From positions 1 to 32,771 of IMG/VR virus record IMGVR_UViG_3300020393_000015: a DNA stretch of 32,771 nucleotides. One strand, written 5' to 3'. Under the pieces are notes generated by a model. It was not told the DNA's origin. It did no database searches and saw only the letters and a program-made list of their open reading frames with translations. Shown here piece after piece: positions 1 to 8,522 of the stretch (positions are counted from its first letter, which is position 1; each line of letters starts with the position of its first letter). Origin of the DNA: a virus (taxonomy: Duplodnaviria > Caudoviricetes). Position numbers and translations under genes: made by a program.

Positions 1-2
1 TG

Positions 3-197
3 CCTTTGTTTACAAAAAGTAAAAAATCTAAAAGTTTATATTGTGCAGGATATTATATCATCAAATTTGAAAAAGGATGGGTTAGAAGTTTTTGCCCTAA
101 AATGCTAACACTTGATAGATACCCATTCAAAGGACCTTTTAGAACGCAATTAGAAATGAAACAGGAGTTAGCAAATGCAAACAAGAACTCCCATTAA
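3..197 (+). CDS. Hypothetical phage protein, 3' end (5'-partial)
   Basis: Frame is open to the window edge (CCT TTG TTT..., PLFTKSKKSKSLYCAGYY); the TTG start at 6 is probably internal; overlaps the next gene. Confidence 0.7.
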   Translation, partial: PLFTKSKKSKSLYCAGYYIIKFEKGWVRSFCPKMLTLDRYPFKGPFRTQLEMKQELANANKNSH

Positions 198-408
198 TAC
201 AGCATCCATTGAAAGACTGCTTCAGCAGATTAAAAATGCTGACCAGTCACAACAAAAACAGGTTACATTGGATATTGCAAGTGCTAAAGAAGTGTCATAT
301 GCACTTGGCACAGTGTTGGCTAGACTGGCTGGGGACTACGAGTCATTAATTGCAAAGGGCGATTCAGACCAAGAAATAGAAGTGAAAGTAGACGGCGGAA
401 GCCTGTAA
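175..408 (+). CDS. Hypothetical protein (77 aa)
   Basis: ATG preceded by AGGAG; codon usage matches neighbours; overlaps upstream gene. Confidence 0.75.
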   Translation: MQTRTPINTASIERLLQQIKNADQSQQKQVTLDIASAKEVSYALGTVLARLAGDYESLIAKGDSDQEIEVKVDGGSL

Positions 409-441
409 ACCATTAACTACTAATAATATACATCAAAATTG

Positions 442-449
442 GATAAATA
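442..449 (+). promoter_or_regulatory. Late-promoter-like motif GATAAATA
   Basis: Matches the T4 gp55-type TATAAATA consensus at 7/8; intergenic, 9 nt before ATG 459. Confidence 0.45.
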
Positions 450-458
450 TGTTATATT

Positions 459-749
459 ATGAGTAGACCTAAACCCACGATACTATTAGAAAACGTCAAC
501 AAAAGCGACTACAAATCTGAGCAAGTTTTGGCGGCGGACGCCATTTGGGCAGTTTTCTACAAAAACAAACCCTTCAATTTGAAGTCATCTAATTTATTGA
601 ACAATTATCCAGGACCAAAATACAAAAAGGTCTCTTTTTCAAATCCTGGACACGCATTCAATCTAGCAAAAAAATTGAACACTATGTTCAACACTGAAGA
701 ATTCACGGTGGTCAAATTGACCCAGGGTGAAACTGTCAGTGAAAAATGA
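459..749 (+). CDS. Hypothetical phage protein (96 aa, MSRPKP...YPGPKYKKVSFSNPGHA)
   Basis: Clean ORF with ATGA coupling to the next gene; function not recognisable. Confidence 0.8.
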   Translation: MSRPKPTILLENVNKSDYKSEQVLAADAIWAVFYKNKPFNLKSSNLLNNYPGPKYKKVSFSNPGHAFNLAKKLNTMFNTEEFTVVKLTQGETVSEK

Positions 750-1129
750 TATCCAAAGAAGCCTACACTAAAATTTTCCTAAAACAGGCAAACATTTCTA
801 TTGGCGAAAATACTATGAAAGAATATATGCCTGTGTGGTGGAAAAATACTAGAAGATCTGGTGGACTAAGATTAACTGATGCAGGCTTTGAATTTATTAC
901 AGAAAAATTAGAAATAAAAGTTTACGAAGTTCCATTTCCTATGGACTTTACTCTTACTACTCAAGTGATTATATTTTTAGACAAATATATTAATTGTCCA
1001 TATTTTCTTGCAGAAGACGGTATAGTCGTAACCAATGAAAGAAAAGCAATGGAATTAATGCTATTTTCTGGAGATATTAGAAAATATGGTCTGAATAAAG
1101 CAATATCTAGACTAGAATCCGCAGAATAA
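746..1129 (+). CDS. Hypothetical phage protein (127 aa)
   Basis: ORF coupled by ATGA overlap; contains GGLRLTDAG; function unknown. Confidence 0.8.
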   Translation: MISKEAYTKIFLKQANISIGENTMKEYMPVWWKNTRRSGGLRLTDAGFEFITEKLEIKVYEVPFPMDFTLTTQVIIFLDKYINCPYFLAEDGIVVTNERKAMELMLFSGDIRKYGLNKAISRLESAE

Positions 1130-1186
1130 TTATCCACAGGTCAAATTACCCGCATAAACCTTGACGTTTTTAACCAATCTTTGTGG

Positions 1187-1215
1187 TTGACTTTTTTGGT
1201 AGCAGAATATATTAT
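1187..1215 (+). promoter_or_regulatory. sigma70-type promoter for the AAA ATPase
   Basis: TTGACT (1187-1192), 17-nt spacer, TATTAT (1210-1215); AGGAG ribosome-binding site before ATG 1253. Confidence 0.7.
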
Positions 1216-1252
1216 AATACTATACAACAAGTTAATATAGGAGTACAAACAT

Positions 1253-2353
1253 ATGCCAAAAGCACAAGAAACAATAGGAACTAGACAAGTTAGCCCAAAC
1301 AAGGCAAAGGCTAGTATCTTACACGCACTAAAAATTAAAAGACCAATATTTTTATGGGGAGGCCCAGGTATTGGTAAATCCGAAATTATACACCAAATTG
1401 GTGATAACATGGATGCCCATGTTATTGATATTAGGTTAAGTTTATGGGAGCCTACAGATATTAAAGGTATCCCTTATTTCAATTCAAAAGAGAATACAAT
1501 GGATTGGGCTCAACCATCAGAACTTCCAGATGAGAAATTAGCCAAAAAACATAAGTGTATTATTTTGTTTTTAGATGAAATGAATTCCGCGGCACCTAGT
1601 GTACAAGCGGCGGCATATCAATTAATCTTAAACAGAAAAGTTGGTACATACAGCCTACCTGACAATGTTGTTATTATTGCGGCAGGTAATAGAGAGGCAG
1701 ACAAAGGTGTAACTTACAGAATGCCTGCTCCGTTGGCAAATAGATTCATTCACTTGGAGATGAAAGTTGAATTTGATGACTGGTTTGAATGGGCGGTCGA
1801 CAAAAGCATCCATAAAGATGTTTTAGGATATTTGACTTTTAGCAAAAAGGACTTATATGACTTTGATCCAAAGTCGCCGAGTCGTTCTTTTGCAACTCCG
1901 AGATCCTGGTCATTTGTTAGTCAGTTGCTGACAGATGAATTGGACGAAAGCACAACTACTGACATGGTTAGTGGTGCAGTGGGCGAAGGACTTGCAGTTA
2001 AGTTCATGGCTCACAGAAAAGTGGCAAGTAAGTTGCCTAACCCATCAGAGATTTTAGATGGTAAAGTAGACACATTGAAATCTAAGGAAATTAGTGCTAT
2101 GTACTCACTTACGGTTTCATTGTGTTATGAACTAAAAGACGCTTGTGATAAGAAAGATAAGAAATTTGACGACAAGGTCAATAAGTTTCTTAGATTTATG
2201 ATGGACAATTTTGATACCGAACTTGTTGTAATGGGTATTAAACTTGCTCTAACGCAGTATCAATTACCTATTGATCCTGATAAGGTCAAGTGTTTTGATG
2301 AGTTCCACGAAAAATATGGCAAATATGTCACTGCCGCTCAATCAATCAAATAA
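1253..2353 (+). CDS. MoxR-like / AAA_5 family AAA+ ATPase
   Basis: Walker A GGPGIGKS, Walker B ILFLDEMN, sensor-1 AAGNR, Arg finger LANRF, TPRSW lid motif; adjacent vWA gene. Confidence 0.9.
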   Translation: MPKAQETIGTRQVSPNKAKASILHALKIKRPIFLWGGPGIGKSEIIHQIGDNMDAHVIDIRLSLWEPTDIKGIPYFNSKENTMDWAQPSELPDEKLAKKHKCIILFLDEMNSAAPSVQAAAYQLILNRKVGTYSLPDNVVIIAAGNREADKGVTYRMPAPLANRFIHLEMKVEFDDWFEWAVDKSIHKDVLGYLTFSKKDLYDFDPKSPSRSFATPRSWSFVSQLLTDELDESTTTDMVSGAVGEGLAVKFMAHRKVASKLPNPSEILDGKVDTLKSKEISAMYSLTVSLCYELKDACDKKDKKFDDKVNKFLRFMMDNFDTELVVMGIKLALTQYQLPIDPDKVKCFDEFHEKYGKYVTAAQSIK

Positions 2354-2364
2354 AAGTGCTGACA

Positions 2365-2390
2365 ATAGGGCACTTTTAACGGTGCCCTAT
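2365..2390. terminator. Intergenic stem-loop (possible terminator or processing site)
   Basis: ATAGGGCAC (2365-2373) and GTGCCCTAT (2382-2390) form a perfect 9-bp stem just after the ATPase stop; no clear U-tract. Confidence 0.5.
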
Positions 2391-2402
2391 ACCAAAAACA
2401 GG

Positions 2403-2431
2403 TTGACTAAAATACCAAAAAATTGTATAAT
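2403..2431 (+). promoter_or_regulatory. sigma70-type promoter for the vWA/metallopeptidase gene
   Basis: TTGACT (2403-2408), 17 nt, TATAAT (2426-2431). Confidence 0.8.
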
Positions 2432-2436
2432 ATAAT

Positions 2437-3687
2437 ATGATGGACACAATGGAAAAAACAAAGATTACCCCAGAAGAATACAAAAGACTTAAAGCCGAAG
2501 TAATTGACAAAATTGTTGTTGCAAGAGTTGGTTTACTTTTAAGACATCCATTTTTCGGCAACATGGCAACAAGATTACAAATAAAAGAATGTGATGAATG
2601 GTGCCCAACGGCGGCTACTGATGGAAGAAACTTATTTTATAATGTAGATTTCTTCAGCAAATTATCTAATAAAGAAATAGAATTCGTAATTGCACATGAA
2701 ATACTTCATTGTGTATTTGATCACATGACAAGACGTGAAGATAGAGATCCACAACTTCATAATATTGCTTGTGATTACATTGTAAACAATACCTTGTGTA
2801 GAGATAACATAGGAGAGAAACCTAAGGACATACAAATTTTCCAAGATTGGAAATATGATGGTTGGACTTCAGAAGCAGTGTATGATGACATCTATAAAAA
2901 AGGTAAAGAAAAAATGGAGCAATTAGGTAAACTTTTAGATGAACACATCGATTGGGAGAAAGGCAATACTCCTGGTGGTGGTGATAAAAAGGATAAAGAT
3001 GGCAAAGGCAGTCAGCAACCTACGTACTCTAAAGAAGAATTAGAAAAAATTAAAGATGAGATTAAAGATTCAATGTTGCAGGCGGCACAAACTGCCGGAG
3101 CAGGTAACTTGCCTAAAGAAGTTGAAAGAGTGATTAAGCAATTTACAGAACCTAAAATGAATTGGAGAGAAGTATTACAAACACAGATACAGAGTGTAAT
3201 TAAAAATGATTACACATTTACTCGACCAAGTAGAAAAGCATGGCACACAGGTGCAGTATTACCTGGCACAAAAAATGATGAAACAATTGATGTGTGTGTT
3301 GCTATAGACACTTCAGGTTCTATTAGAGATGAACAAGTAAAAGTATTCTTAGGCGAAATACAAAATATTATGTCGCAATATTCAGATTACAATATTAAGA
3401 TATGGTGCTTTGATACAGAAGTACACAATGAACAAGACTATACAGCACATGATGACAGTTTAGAAAATTACAAAATTGCTGGTGGTGGCGGAACAGACTT
3501 CATGGCTAATTGGGAATACATGAAAGAACATGGCATTGAACCTAAAAAGTTTATCATGTTTACAGATGGTTATACTTGGGACTCTTGGGGAGACCCTGAA
3601 TACTGTGATACAGTTTTTGTTGTGCATGAACATCACGATAAAAATTTAGAAGCACCTTTTGGTACCACAGTAAGATATGATGAATAA
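2437..3687 (+). CDS. Zincin-like metallopeptidase plus C-terminal vWA domain protein (DUF2201-like)
   Basis: TAATDG and HEILH (HExxH) in the N-terminal half; low-complexity G/K/D linker; vWA MIDAS DTSGS, GGGGTDF and FTDG. Confidence 0.88.
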   Translation: MMDTMEKTKITPEEYKRLKAEVIDKIVVARVGLLLRHPFFGNMATRLQIKECDEWCPTAATDGRNLFYNVDFFSKLSNKEIEFVIAHEILHCVFDHMTRREDRDPQLHNIACDYIVNNTLCRDNIGEKPKDIQIFQDWKYDGWTSEAVYDDIYKKGKEKMEQLGKLLDEHIDWEKGNTPGGGDKKDKDGKGSQQPTYSKEELEKIKDEIKDSMLQAAQTAGAGNLPKEVERVIKQFTEPKMNWREVLQTQIQSVIKNDYTFTRPSRKAWHTGAVLPGTKNDETIDVCVAIDTSGSIRDEQVKVFLGEIQNIMSQYSDYNIKIWCFDTEVHNEQDYTAHDDSLENYKIAGGGGTDFMANWEYMKEHGIEPKKFIMFTDGYTWDSWGDPEYCDTVFVVHEHHDKNLEAPFGTTVRYDE

Positions 3688-3971
3688 TGTTGCACAAAAC
3701 TAACACACCTAATCCACTTAATTTTTTTAACGTAAGACGTTACAAAAAGAAACCAAAAAATCTACATTGTGAAAGATATAACTTTGAGTCTGATGAACTA
3801 GGCGAAAGAGTTACTAAATGGATAGATGAGAATCTAAAAAGTAGATATTATTTTGGTAGACATTTAGTTTTGGATAATGATTCTAAATTCCAATATGTAT
3901 TTTTGGTAGGATTTGAATCACCTAAAGAAATGTCCATATTCAATTTGAGCTGTCCGTTCATTCATCAATAG
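3687..3971 (+). CDS. Hypothetical phage protein (94 aa)
   Basis: TAATG coupling to upstream gene. Confidence 0.75.
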   Translation: MLHKTNTPNPLNFFNVRRYKKKPKNLHCERYNFESDELGERVTKWIDENLKSRYYFGRHLVLDNDSKFQYVFLVGFESPKEMSIFNLSCPFIHQ

Positions 3972-4020
3972 TAAATATTTCTGTTATAACAAAGTCTAAA
4001 AATAAAGGAGACATATCGAT

Positions 4021-4320
4021 ATGACAGAAGAAACAAAAAATGCTCCACAACCAGCACAGGCAACTGCACCTGCAGGTACTCAAGCACCCGCGGCAGATTT
4101 GACTGTACAGGATTTGGGAGTCATTAGATCAATTATTGATGTGGCGTCAACCAGAGGTGCGTTCAAGGCAAATGAAATGCAGGCTGTTGGAGCAACTTAC
4201 AATAAACTAGAAGCATTTTTAAAAATTGTTGAAGCACAACAAAAAGATGCGGCTGGTAAAAAAACTGAAACTGGATCTGCGAACACAATCAAAGATGCAG
4301 GCACATCGGAGAAAAAATAA
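4021..4320 (+). CDS. Hypothetical phage protein (99 aa; helical core IIDVASTRGAF)
   Basis: Strong AAGGAG ribosome-binding site; Ala/Pro/Thr-rich N-terminus. Confidence 0.8.
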   Translation: MTEETKNAPQPAQATAPAGTQAPAADLTVQDLGVIRSIIDVASTRGAFKANEMQAVGATYNKLEAFLKIVEAQQKDAAGKKTETGSANTIKDAGTSEKK

Positions 4321-4886
4321 TGGCCGACACAAAACACGTAGGTAGAATCAAAGGCAGTAACGAAAAAGTTGCAGTGGTCTACCGAACTATTCCAGGAGAC
4401 AGTAAATCTGCTCTTGTAATAAGAACTGCAAAATTAGAAGAAGGCGATCATGACGGTTTAATGAGAATAATTGAATCTAATGAAGCACAAACTTCTAACG
4501 AATTGTATCAAGCATTAGAAAGAAGTCCGTTACCATCGGGCGAAAATGCTTTGCCTAAATTTTACAAAAACGGAAATTTAGAAAAGATTTCAACAGAAGA
4601 AGTTGAGATGGTACAAAATCCTCAGTCTATTGTTCAATTAAGTGATTTGAACAGAATGATTGCTGATCAAAAAGGCGTATCAGTAGACGATTTGGCTGTG
4701 AAAGTCGATCCCGCTGAAGCCGTATCTGTTAATACTGCTGAAGGTGTAAAACCTCAAGACAGTAAAATTTTAACAGATGAGCAGATTGCATCACGTATGA
4801 GAAGCGATGCAGATAGACTGTACAAGGAAGCCGCTAAATTAAGGAAGGAAGCGGAAGACCTTTCCCCAACTAAGAAAAAGTCTTAA
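4320..4886 (+). CDS. Hypothetical phage protein (188 aa, C-terminal coiled coil)
   Basis: TAATG coupling; C-terminal ADRLYKEAAKLRKEAE helix. Confidence 0.8.
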   Translation: MADTKHVGRIKGSNEKVAVVYRTIPGDSKSALVIRTAKLEEGDHDGLMRIIESNEAQTSNELYQALERSPLPSGENALPKFYKNGNLEKISTEEVEMVQNPQSIVQLSDLNRMIADQKGVSVDDLAVKVDPAEAVSVNTAEGVKPQDSKILTDEQIASRMRSDADRLYKEAAKLRKEAEDLSPTKKKS

Positions 4887-4889
4887 ATT

Positions 4890-5225
4890 GTGGAAACTGT
4901 CGCTGTGGTACGTTTTAGCAAAGGCAAATTGCCTAAACAGGTAGTCAATGAATGGCCCGAAATTTTCGGAGATGTAGAAGTTTCGGCTATACCTGTTCAA
5001 TATCTTAAGAGTATTAACGTAACATTTAAAGATGGTAAGAAATGGGAAGTTCGCATGAAACCCAACAAGAAGAACGTTTCTGCCAAAGAATTAGAGAATA
5101 CTATCAATGAAATGTTTGTACACTACAAAGACGCTATAAAAACCGTGGATTTTAGGCTGGATGTAAGCAAGGTTAAAGCAGATATCAGCACTAGAACCAA
5201 GAAGTTTATTAAGAAGAACAAATAA
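4890..5225 (+). CDS. Hypothetical basic protein (111 aa, GTG start)
   Basis: ORF fills the gap in the operon; Lys-rich. Confidence 0.7.
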   Translation: METVAVVRFSKGKLPKQVVNEWPEIFGDVEVSAIPVQYLKSINVTFKDGKKWEVRMKPNKKNVSAKELENTINEMFVHYKDAIKTVDFRLDVSKVKADISTRTKKFIKKNK

Positions 5226-5238
5226 ATACAGATAAATA
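5221..5238 (+). promoter_or_regulatory. Tandem late-promoter-like motifs AATAAATA / GATAAATA
   Basis: Two ATAAATA cores upstream of the AGGAG site and structural gene 5261. Confidence 0.5.
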
Positions 5239-5260
5239 AACGTACTAGGAGCATATCTAA

Positions 5261-6244
5261 ATGGCATTACAGTTAAGAAGAGGAACTAACGCAGAACGAC
5301 AAGCAATTACACCTGCTTTGGGTGAACTTGTTTATGTAACAGATTACGTTGCGGCGGGAGTTGCACCACTTTTTATAGGAGACGGCGCAACAGTTGGCGG
5401 TGCTCCAGTTGGTGCTTCAGCATTAAGTTTCACAGGAATAGCAGGTAATGTAACACCTGATCAAGACAGCACAAGAGATTTAGGAACAAACACAGAAAGA
5501 TGGGCAAATGCCTACGTTGATGATATCACAGTAACTAACACTGTGTCAGGCAATGTAACAGGTGATTTAACTGGTAATGTAACAGGTAATGTAACTGGTA
5601 ATGTAACTGGTGCAGTGACAGGATCAGTAACAGGTCACGTGGTTGGTTCAGTGTTTGGAGATGATTCAACACAATTAGTTGATGGTGCAAATGCAGATAT
5701 TTCTAACATCAATAACATAAATTTTAATGCAGGCCCTGGCACAGGATTAAGCGAAGTATACGAAATTAAAGTAGACAGTGCTACAAACCAAGTTAGAATT
5801 GGTCACAACACAGATGACGAATTTGGTAGATTAACTTTTACCAGAGTAAAAGCAGTTGGCACAATACCAGTAAATGAATCTGTTGGTAGAGTGCTTTGGA
5901 CAAAAACTGAAGGTGGCGCTGACACAAATTTTGGTGTAATCACTTGTAGTCAAAACCAAATGGTATTTTCTGTGGACGATGGCGTACACGGATTTTCAAA
6001 AGTTTTAAGAGTACACAAATCAGGTAAAGTGGACGTAAATGGTGATTTAAATGTAGAACCAGCGGCTGACTTCCTTGTAAATGGTGTTGCTCTATTAACA
6101 CCACAAACTGGTGCTCCAGCATCACCAACTGTAGGCATGATTGCAGTGGCAGATGGTAGCACATGGGATCCTGCTTCCAAAGGCGGAACACCAAATCCTT
6201 ACCCAGCATTCTATGATGGAACTGCTTGGGTGGCAATGGCATAA
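5261..6244 (+). CDS. Virion fibre protein with Mtd_N/hyaluronidase-like N-terminal motif and GNVT repeats
   Basis: MALQLRRGT...PALGELVYVTD...LFIGDG N-terminus; DLGTNTERW motif; GxVT repeats; Gly/Thr/Val-rich. Confidence 0.75.
   Translation: MALQLRRGTNAERQAITPALGELVYVTDYVAAGVAPLFIGDGATVGGAPVGASALSFTGIAGNVTPDQDSTRDLGTNTERWANAYVDDITVTNTVSGNVTGDLTGNVTGNVTGNVTGAVTGSVTGHVVGSVFGDDSTQLVDGANADISNINNINFNAGPGTGLSEVYEIKVDSATNQVRIGHNTDDEFGRLTFTRVKAVGTIPVNESVGRVLWTKTEGGADTNFGVITCSQNQMVFSVDDGVHGFSKVLRVHKSGKVDVNGDLNVEPAADFLVNGVALLTPQTGAPASPTVGMIAVADGSTWDPASKGGTPNPYPAFYDGTAWVAMA
5549..5632 (+). repeat. Degenerate 12-bp coding tandem repeat (7 units, GGTAATGTAACW) encoding G-N/D/A/S-V/L-T
   Basis: ggcaatgtaaca ggtgatttaact ggtaatgtaaca ggtaatgtaact ggtaatgtaact ggtgcagtgaca ggatcagtaaca. 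Confidence 0.9.
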
Positions 6245-6266
6245 AACCCCCCGTAGAACCAAAAAT

Positions 6267-6343
6267 TAGCGTCGTACAAGGGCCATAAATCTGTTTCATG
6301 ATAAGTTATTACCATGAACAAAAAACAGGCGTATATGACGCTA
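6267..6343. other. Long imperfect intergenic hairpin (possible structured RNA or cruciform)
   Basis: TAGCGTCGTA/TATGACGCTA outer stem, GCC/GGC, then TTCATG/CATGAA and TAA/TTA inner stems. Confidence 0.6.
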
Positions 6344-6349
6344 TAAATA
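6342..6349 (+). promoter_or_regulatory. T4-type late promoter TATAAATA
   Basis: Exact TATAAATA, intergenic, 10 nt before ATG 6360. Confidence 0.6.
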
Positions 6350-6359
6350 TTTTTACACC

Positions 6360-7247
6360 ATGCAAAACAAATTTTCAGATAAAGATTTTGGCGACAATCA
6401 AACAAGAGAAAAGCAACTGCGTTCACATTTTGGTATAGAAGAAATACAACCAAAATGTCAAGACGAATATGTAAAAATTCCCTTAGACTTACCTTGGAAA
6501 GAATTACAACAAGATGTTCACACAGCATTTGAAACATTTGGTTGGTATGGTATGTGTCATAGAGGCAACAGTGATTGGACAAGAAGTAAATTGTATGGTG
6601 GACTTGGTTTAAATTATAATCCAGACTACAAATTCCAAATTCCTACTCACGCACAAGGTTTAGGACAGCCTCGGTCAATTAGTACAGTAGATGCAAAAGA
6701 ATGGCTGAAAGATTTACAAAGTTATGATTATTCAAAACAAACAGATGAAATAAAAATAAAAGGATACAACACTTATGATGACTGCTTGGGTCTACGTGTT
6801 GCCACAGATGTTGCCCACTTTAGATCATTTAACACAATATTTGAAAAATTAAAACGTAAATCTATTCAAGGTAGAATAGCAGAGATTAAAGCCGCTGAAC
6901 ACGGAGAAAATGTAAGCGAAGATGACAAAGAGTTTATGTGGCACACAGATGAAAGAAATGAAATTGTATCAAGAGTGTTAATACCAATTGTGTTTGATGA
7001 AGACTATTTTATTGAATTTAAAGACACAGGAACTAAATTATATTTTGAACCTGGATACGCTTATCATTGGAACACTTACAAAGTGCATAGGTTTAACTTT
7101 AACTATCATAGCAAAATAAAAAATAGAACTTGTATTGTATTAGGTTGGTCACCGTGGTTAGAATATGACGGTGAGAGTTGGAGTGCAAATGAATACTGCA
7201 ACAAGATACATCCGACCGACATGGTCAAACAAGGTTTAGTAATCTAA
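6360..7247 (+). CDS. 2OG-Fe(II) oxygenase, Asp/Asn beta-hydroxylase-like
   Basis: WHTDE (HxD), RVLIPI, GYAYHWNTYKVH (distal His), RTCIVLG; double-stranded beta-helix pattern. Confidence 0.7.
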   Translation: MQNKFSDKDFGDNQTREKQLRSHFGIEEIQPKCQDEYVKIPLDLPWKELQQDVHTAFETFGWYGMCHRGNSDWTRSKLYGGLGLNYNPDYKFQIPTHAQGLGQPRSISTVDAKEWLKDLQSYDYSKQTDEIKIKGYNTYDDCLGLRVATDVAHFRSFNTIFEKLKRKSIQGRIAEIKAAEHGENVSEDDKEFMWHTDERNEIVSRVLIPIVFDEDYFIEFKDTGTKLYFEPGYAYHWNTYKVHRFNFNYHSKIKNRTCIVLGWSPWLEYDGESWSANEYCNKIHPTDMVKQGLVI

Positions 7248-7912
7248 TACTTAGATTTGATTTGATCTAATTTATTAAAGAATTCTTCTTTGCTAGTCCA
7301 AGCAATTCCATATTCCAAATCATCTTTTCCGCCTGCTCCACCAAAGTCACCGTCAGGTTTTGTTGCAAAAGGTACAGAGTTTGTGTAGTGTAATTTGTTT
7401 AAATGATATTGATCCATTGTGTCATTTAGTTTGTGTATTGCATAATTGATTCTACCGTTGGTGTTCGGTAAATCAAACACCATGTGTTTTTTAACTAGAT
7501 CCAATGCAACACCTAAACCTTTACCAAGATGTTGTGAATGAATCCATTGGCAAGAACTGTAATAGTATTTGATATCGTTTCTTGTCAGTATTTCTGGCAG
7601 TGGTGCAGTTTGTAGATTAGGATACAGTCTTATCATTCCATCTCTTAATCCAGAAGGAATATTATGTTTAGCGGCATATGTACCTATCACTTGATCATCT
7701 TTTTTCAAGTATAGAGCAAAACCTTGCACACCGTCCATACGTTCTGGCGTAAAACTTTCGTCCATTTCATATGGATAATCTTTTGTGTTTGTTAATAGTG
7801 TTGTCAATCCTGCCCAGTCTTCATGAACTTCTAAAGTATAACCTAATTTTGTAAAGAAATTAATTAGATAATTTGCAGAACTAGGAACTGTTTTAGGATT
7901 TTGTGATATCAT
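7244..7912 (-). CDS. GNAT-fold acyltransferase-like protein (probable start MISQN at 7912)
   Basis: QWIHSQHLGKGLG resembles acetyl-CoA-binding motif A; ATG 7912 lies just after the upstream stop at 7917. Confidence 0.55.
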   Translation of the reverse strand: MISQNPKTVPSSANYLINFFTKLGYTLEVHEDWAGLTTLLTNTKDYPYEMDESFTPERMDGVQGFALYLKKDDQVIGTYAAKHNIPSGLRDGMIRLYPNLQTAPLPEILTRNDIKYYYSSCQWIHSQHLGKGLGVALDLVKKHMVFDLPNTNGRINYAIHKLNDTMDQYHLNKLHYTNSVPFATKPDGDFGGAGGKDDLEYGIAWTSKEEFFNKLDQIKSKY

Positions 7913-7916
7913 AAAT

Positions 7917-8522
7917 TTATTTACGCCTTGTAAAAATAGCCAAAGATTTTTTTGAAACAAAGTCTTTTACATTTTGACTGCAATGAAAATTTACACTAGG
8001 TATCATAATTGCTGTATTATATTGGTAATCTATAAATTCTTTAATTGTAAAACCAGTCCTTTGTTTTAAGTGTGCAAAATAAATCCAATCAGGTAAACTT
8101 TTTGAATCATCAAATCCATGTATTAATGTTTTTTGCTCTTCTAATGATAACACAGGCTGTTTACTTTGTTTAAAGTATTTTTCAATGCTGTATGCGTGAT
8201 TGGCCCACTGGTCCATTACATATAAACCTCCTTGGGGATTGTCATCCAAAGGCACTATCACAGTGTAATATGCATCACCGTCAAACCCTGCGTCACAGTG
8301 TAATCTGTATGGCTGTGTTAAATTGTAAACATGACTTTTGCGAACTTCTATAGGTCCTATGTGCCTACTAATCTTATCAACAATAGATTGTGCTAATTGG
8401 CTTTGATTATATAATGTAAGGTCTCCACTGTCTGACTCTATTACTGTTTTGTTGTCATAGGTCAAAGACTCTATTTCATCTGTTGATAAAAAGTTTTTTA
8501 CCAAGTGTTGCTTGTAGGTCAT
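7917..8522 (-). CDS. 2OG-Fe(II) oxygenase-like protein
   Basis: YRLHCD (HxD), YTVIVPL, AIMIPSVNFHCS (distal His), KKSLAIF. Confidence 0.65.
   Translation of the reverse strand: MTYKQHLVKNFLSTDEIESLTYDNKTVIESDSGDLTLYNQSQLAQSIVDKISRHIGPIEVRKSHVYNLTQPYRLHCDAGFDGDAYYTVIVPLDDNPQGGLYVMDQWANHAYSIEKYFKQSKQPVLSLEEQKTLIHGFDDSKSLPDWIYFAHLKQRTGFTIKEFIDYQYNTAIMIPSVNFHCSQNVKDFVSKKSLAIFTRRK

Noticed and set aside
1130-1138. Perfect DnaA box TTATCCACA in the spacer before the ATPase promoter (possible origin or DnaA control)
   Set aside because: It is a single box, and the same 9-mer occurs inside coding regions (12883, 25569, 26788). No cluster of boxes supports an origin.
5549-5632. Repeat array as a possible CRISPR
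   Set aside because: The units are contiguous 12-bp in-frame coding repeats with no spacers, and there are no cas genes.
5261-6244. Diversity-generating retroelement target suggested by the Mtd_N-like N-terminus
   Set aside because: No reverse transcriptase, no template/variable repeat pair and no C-type-lectin-like tip are visible in the window.
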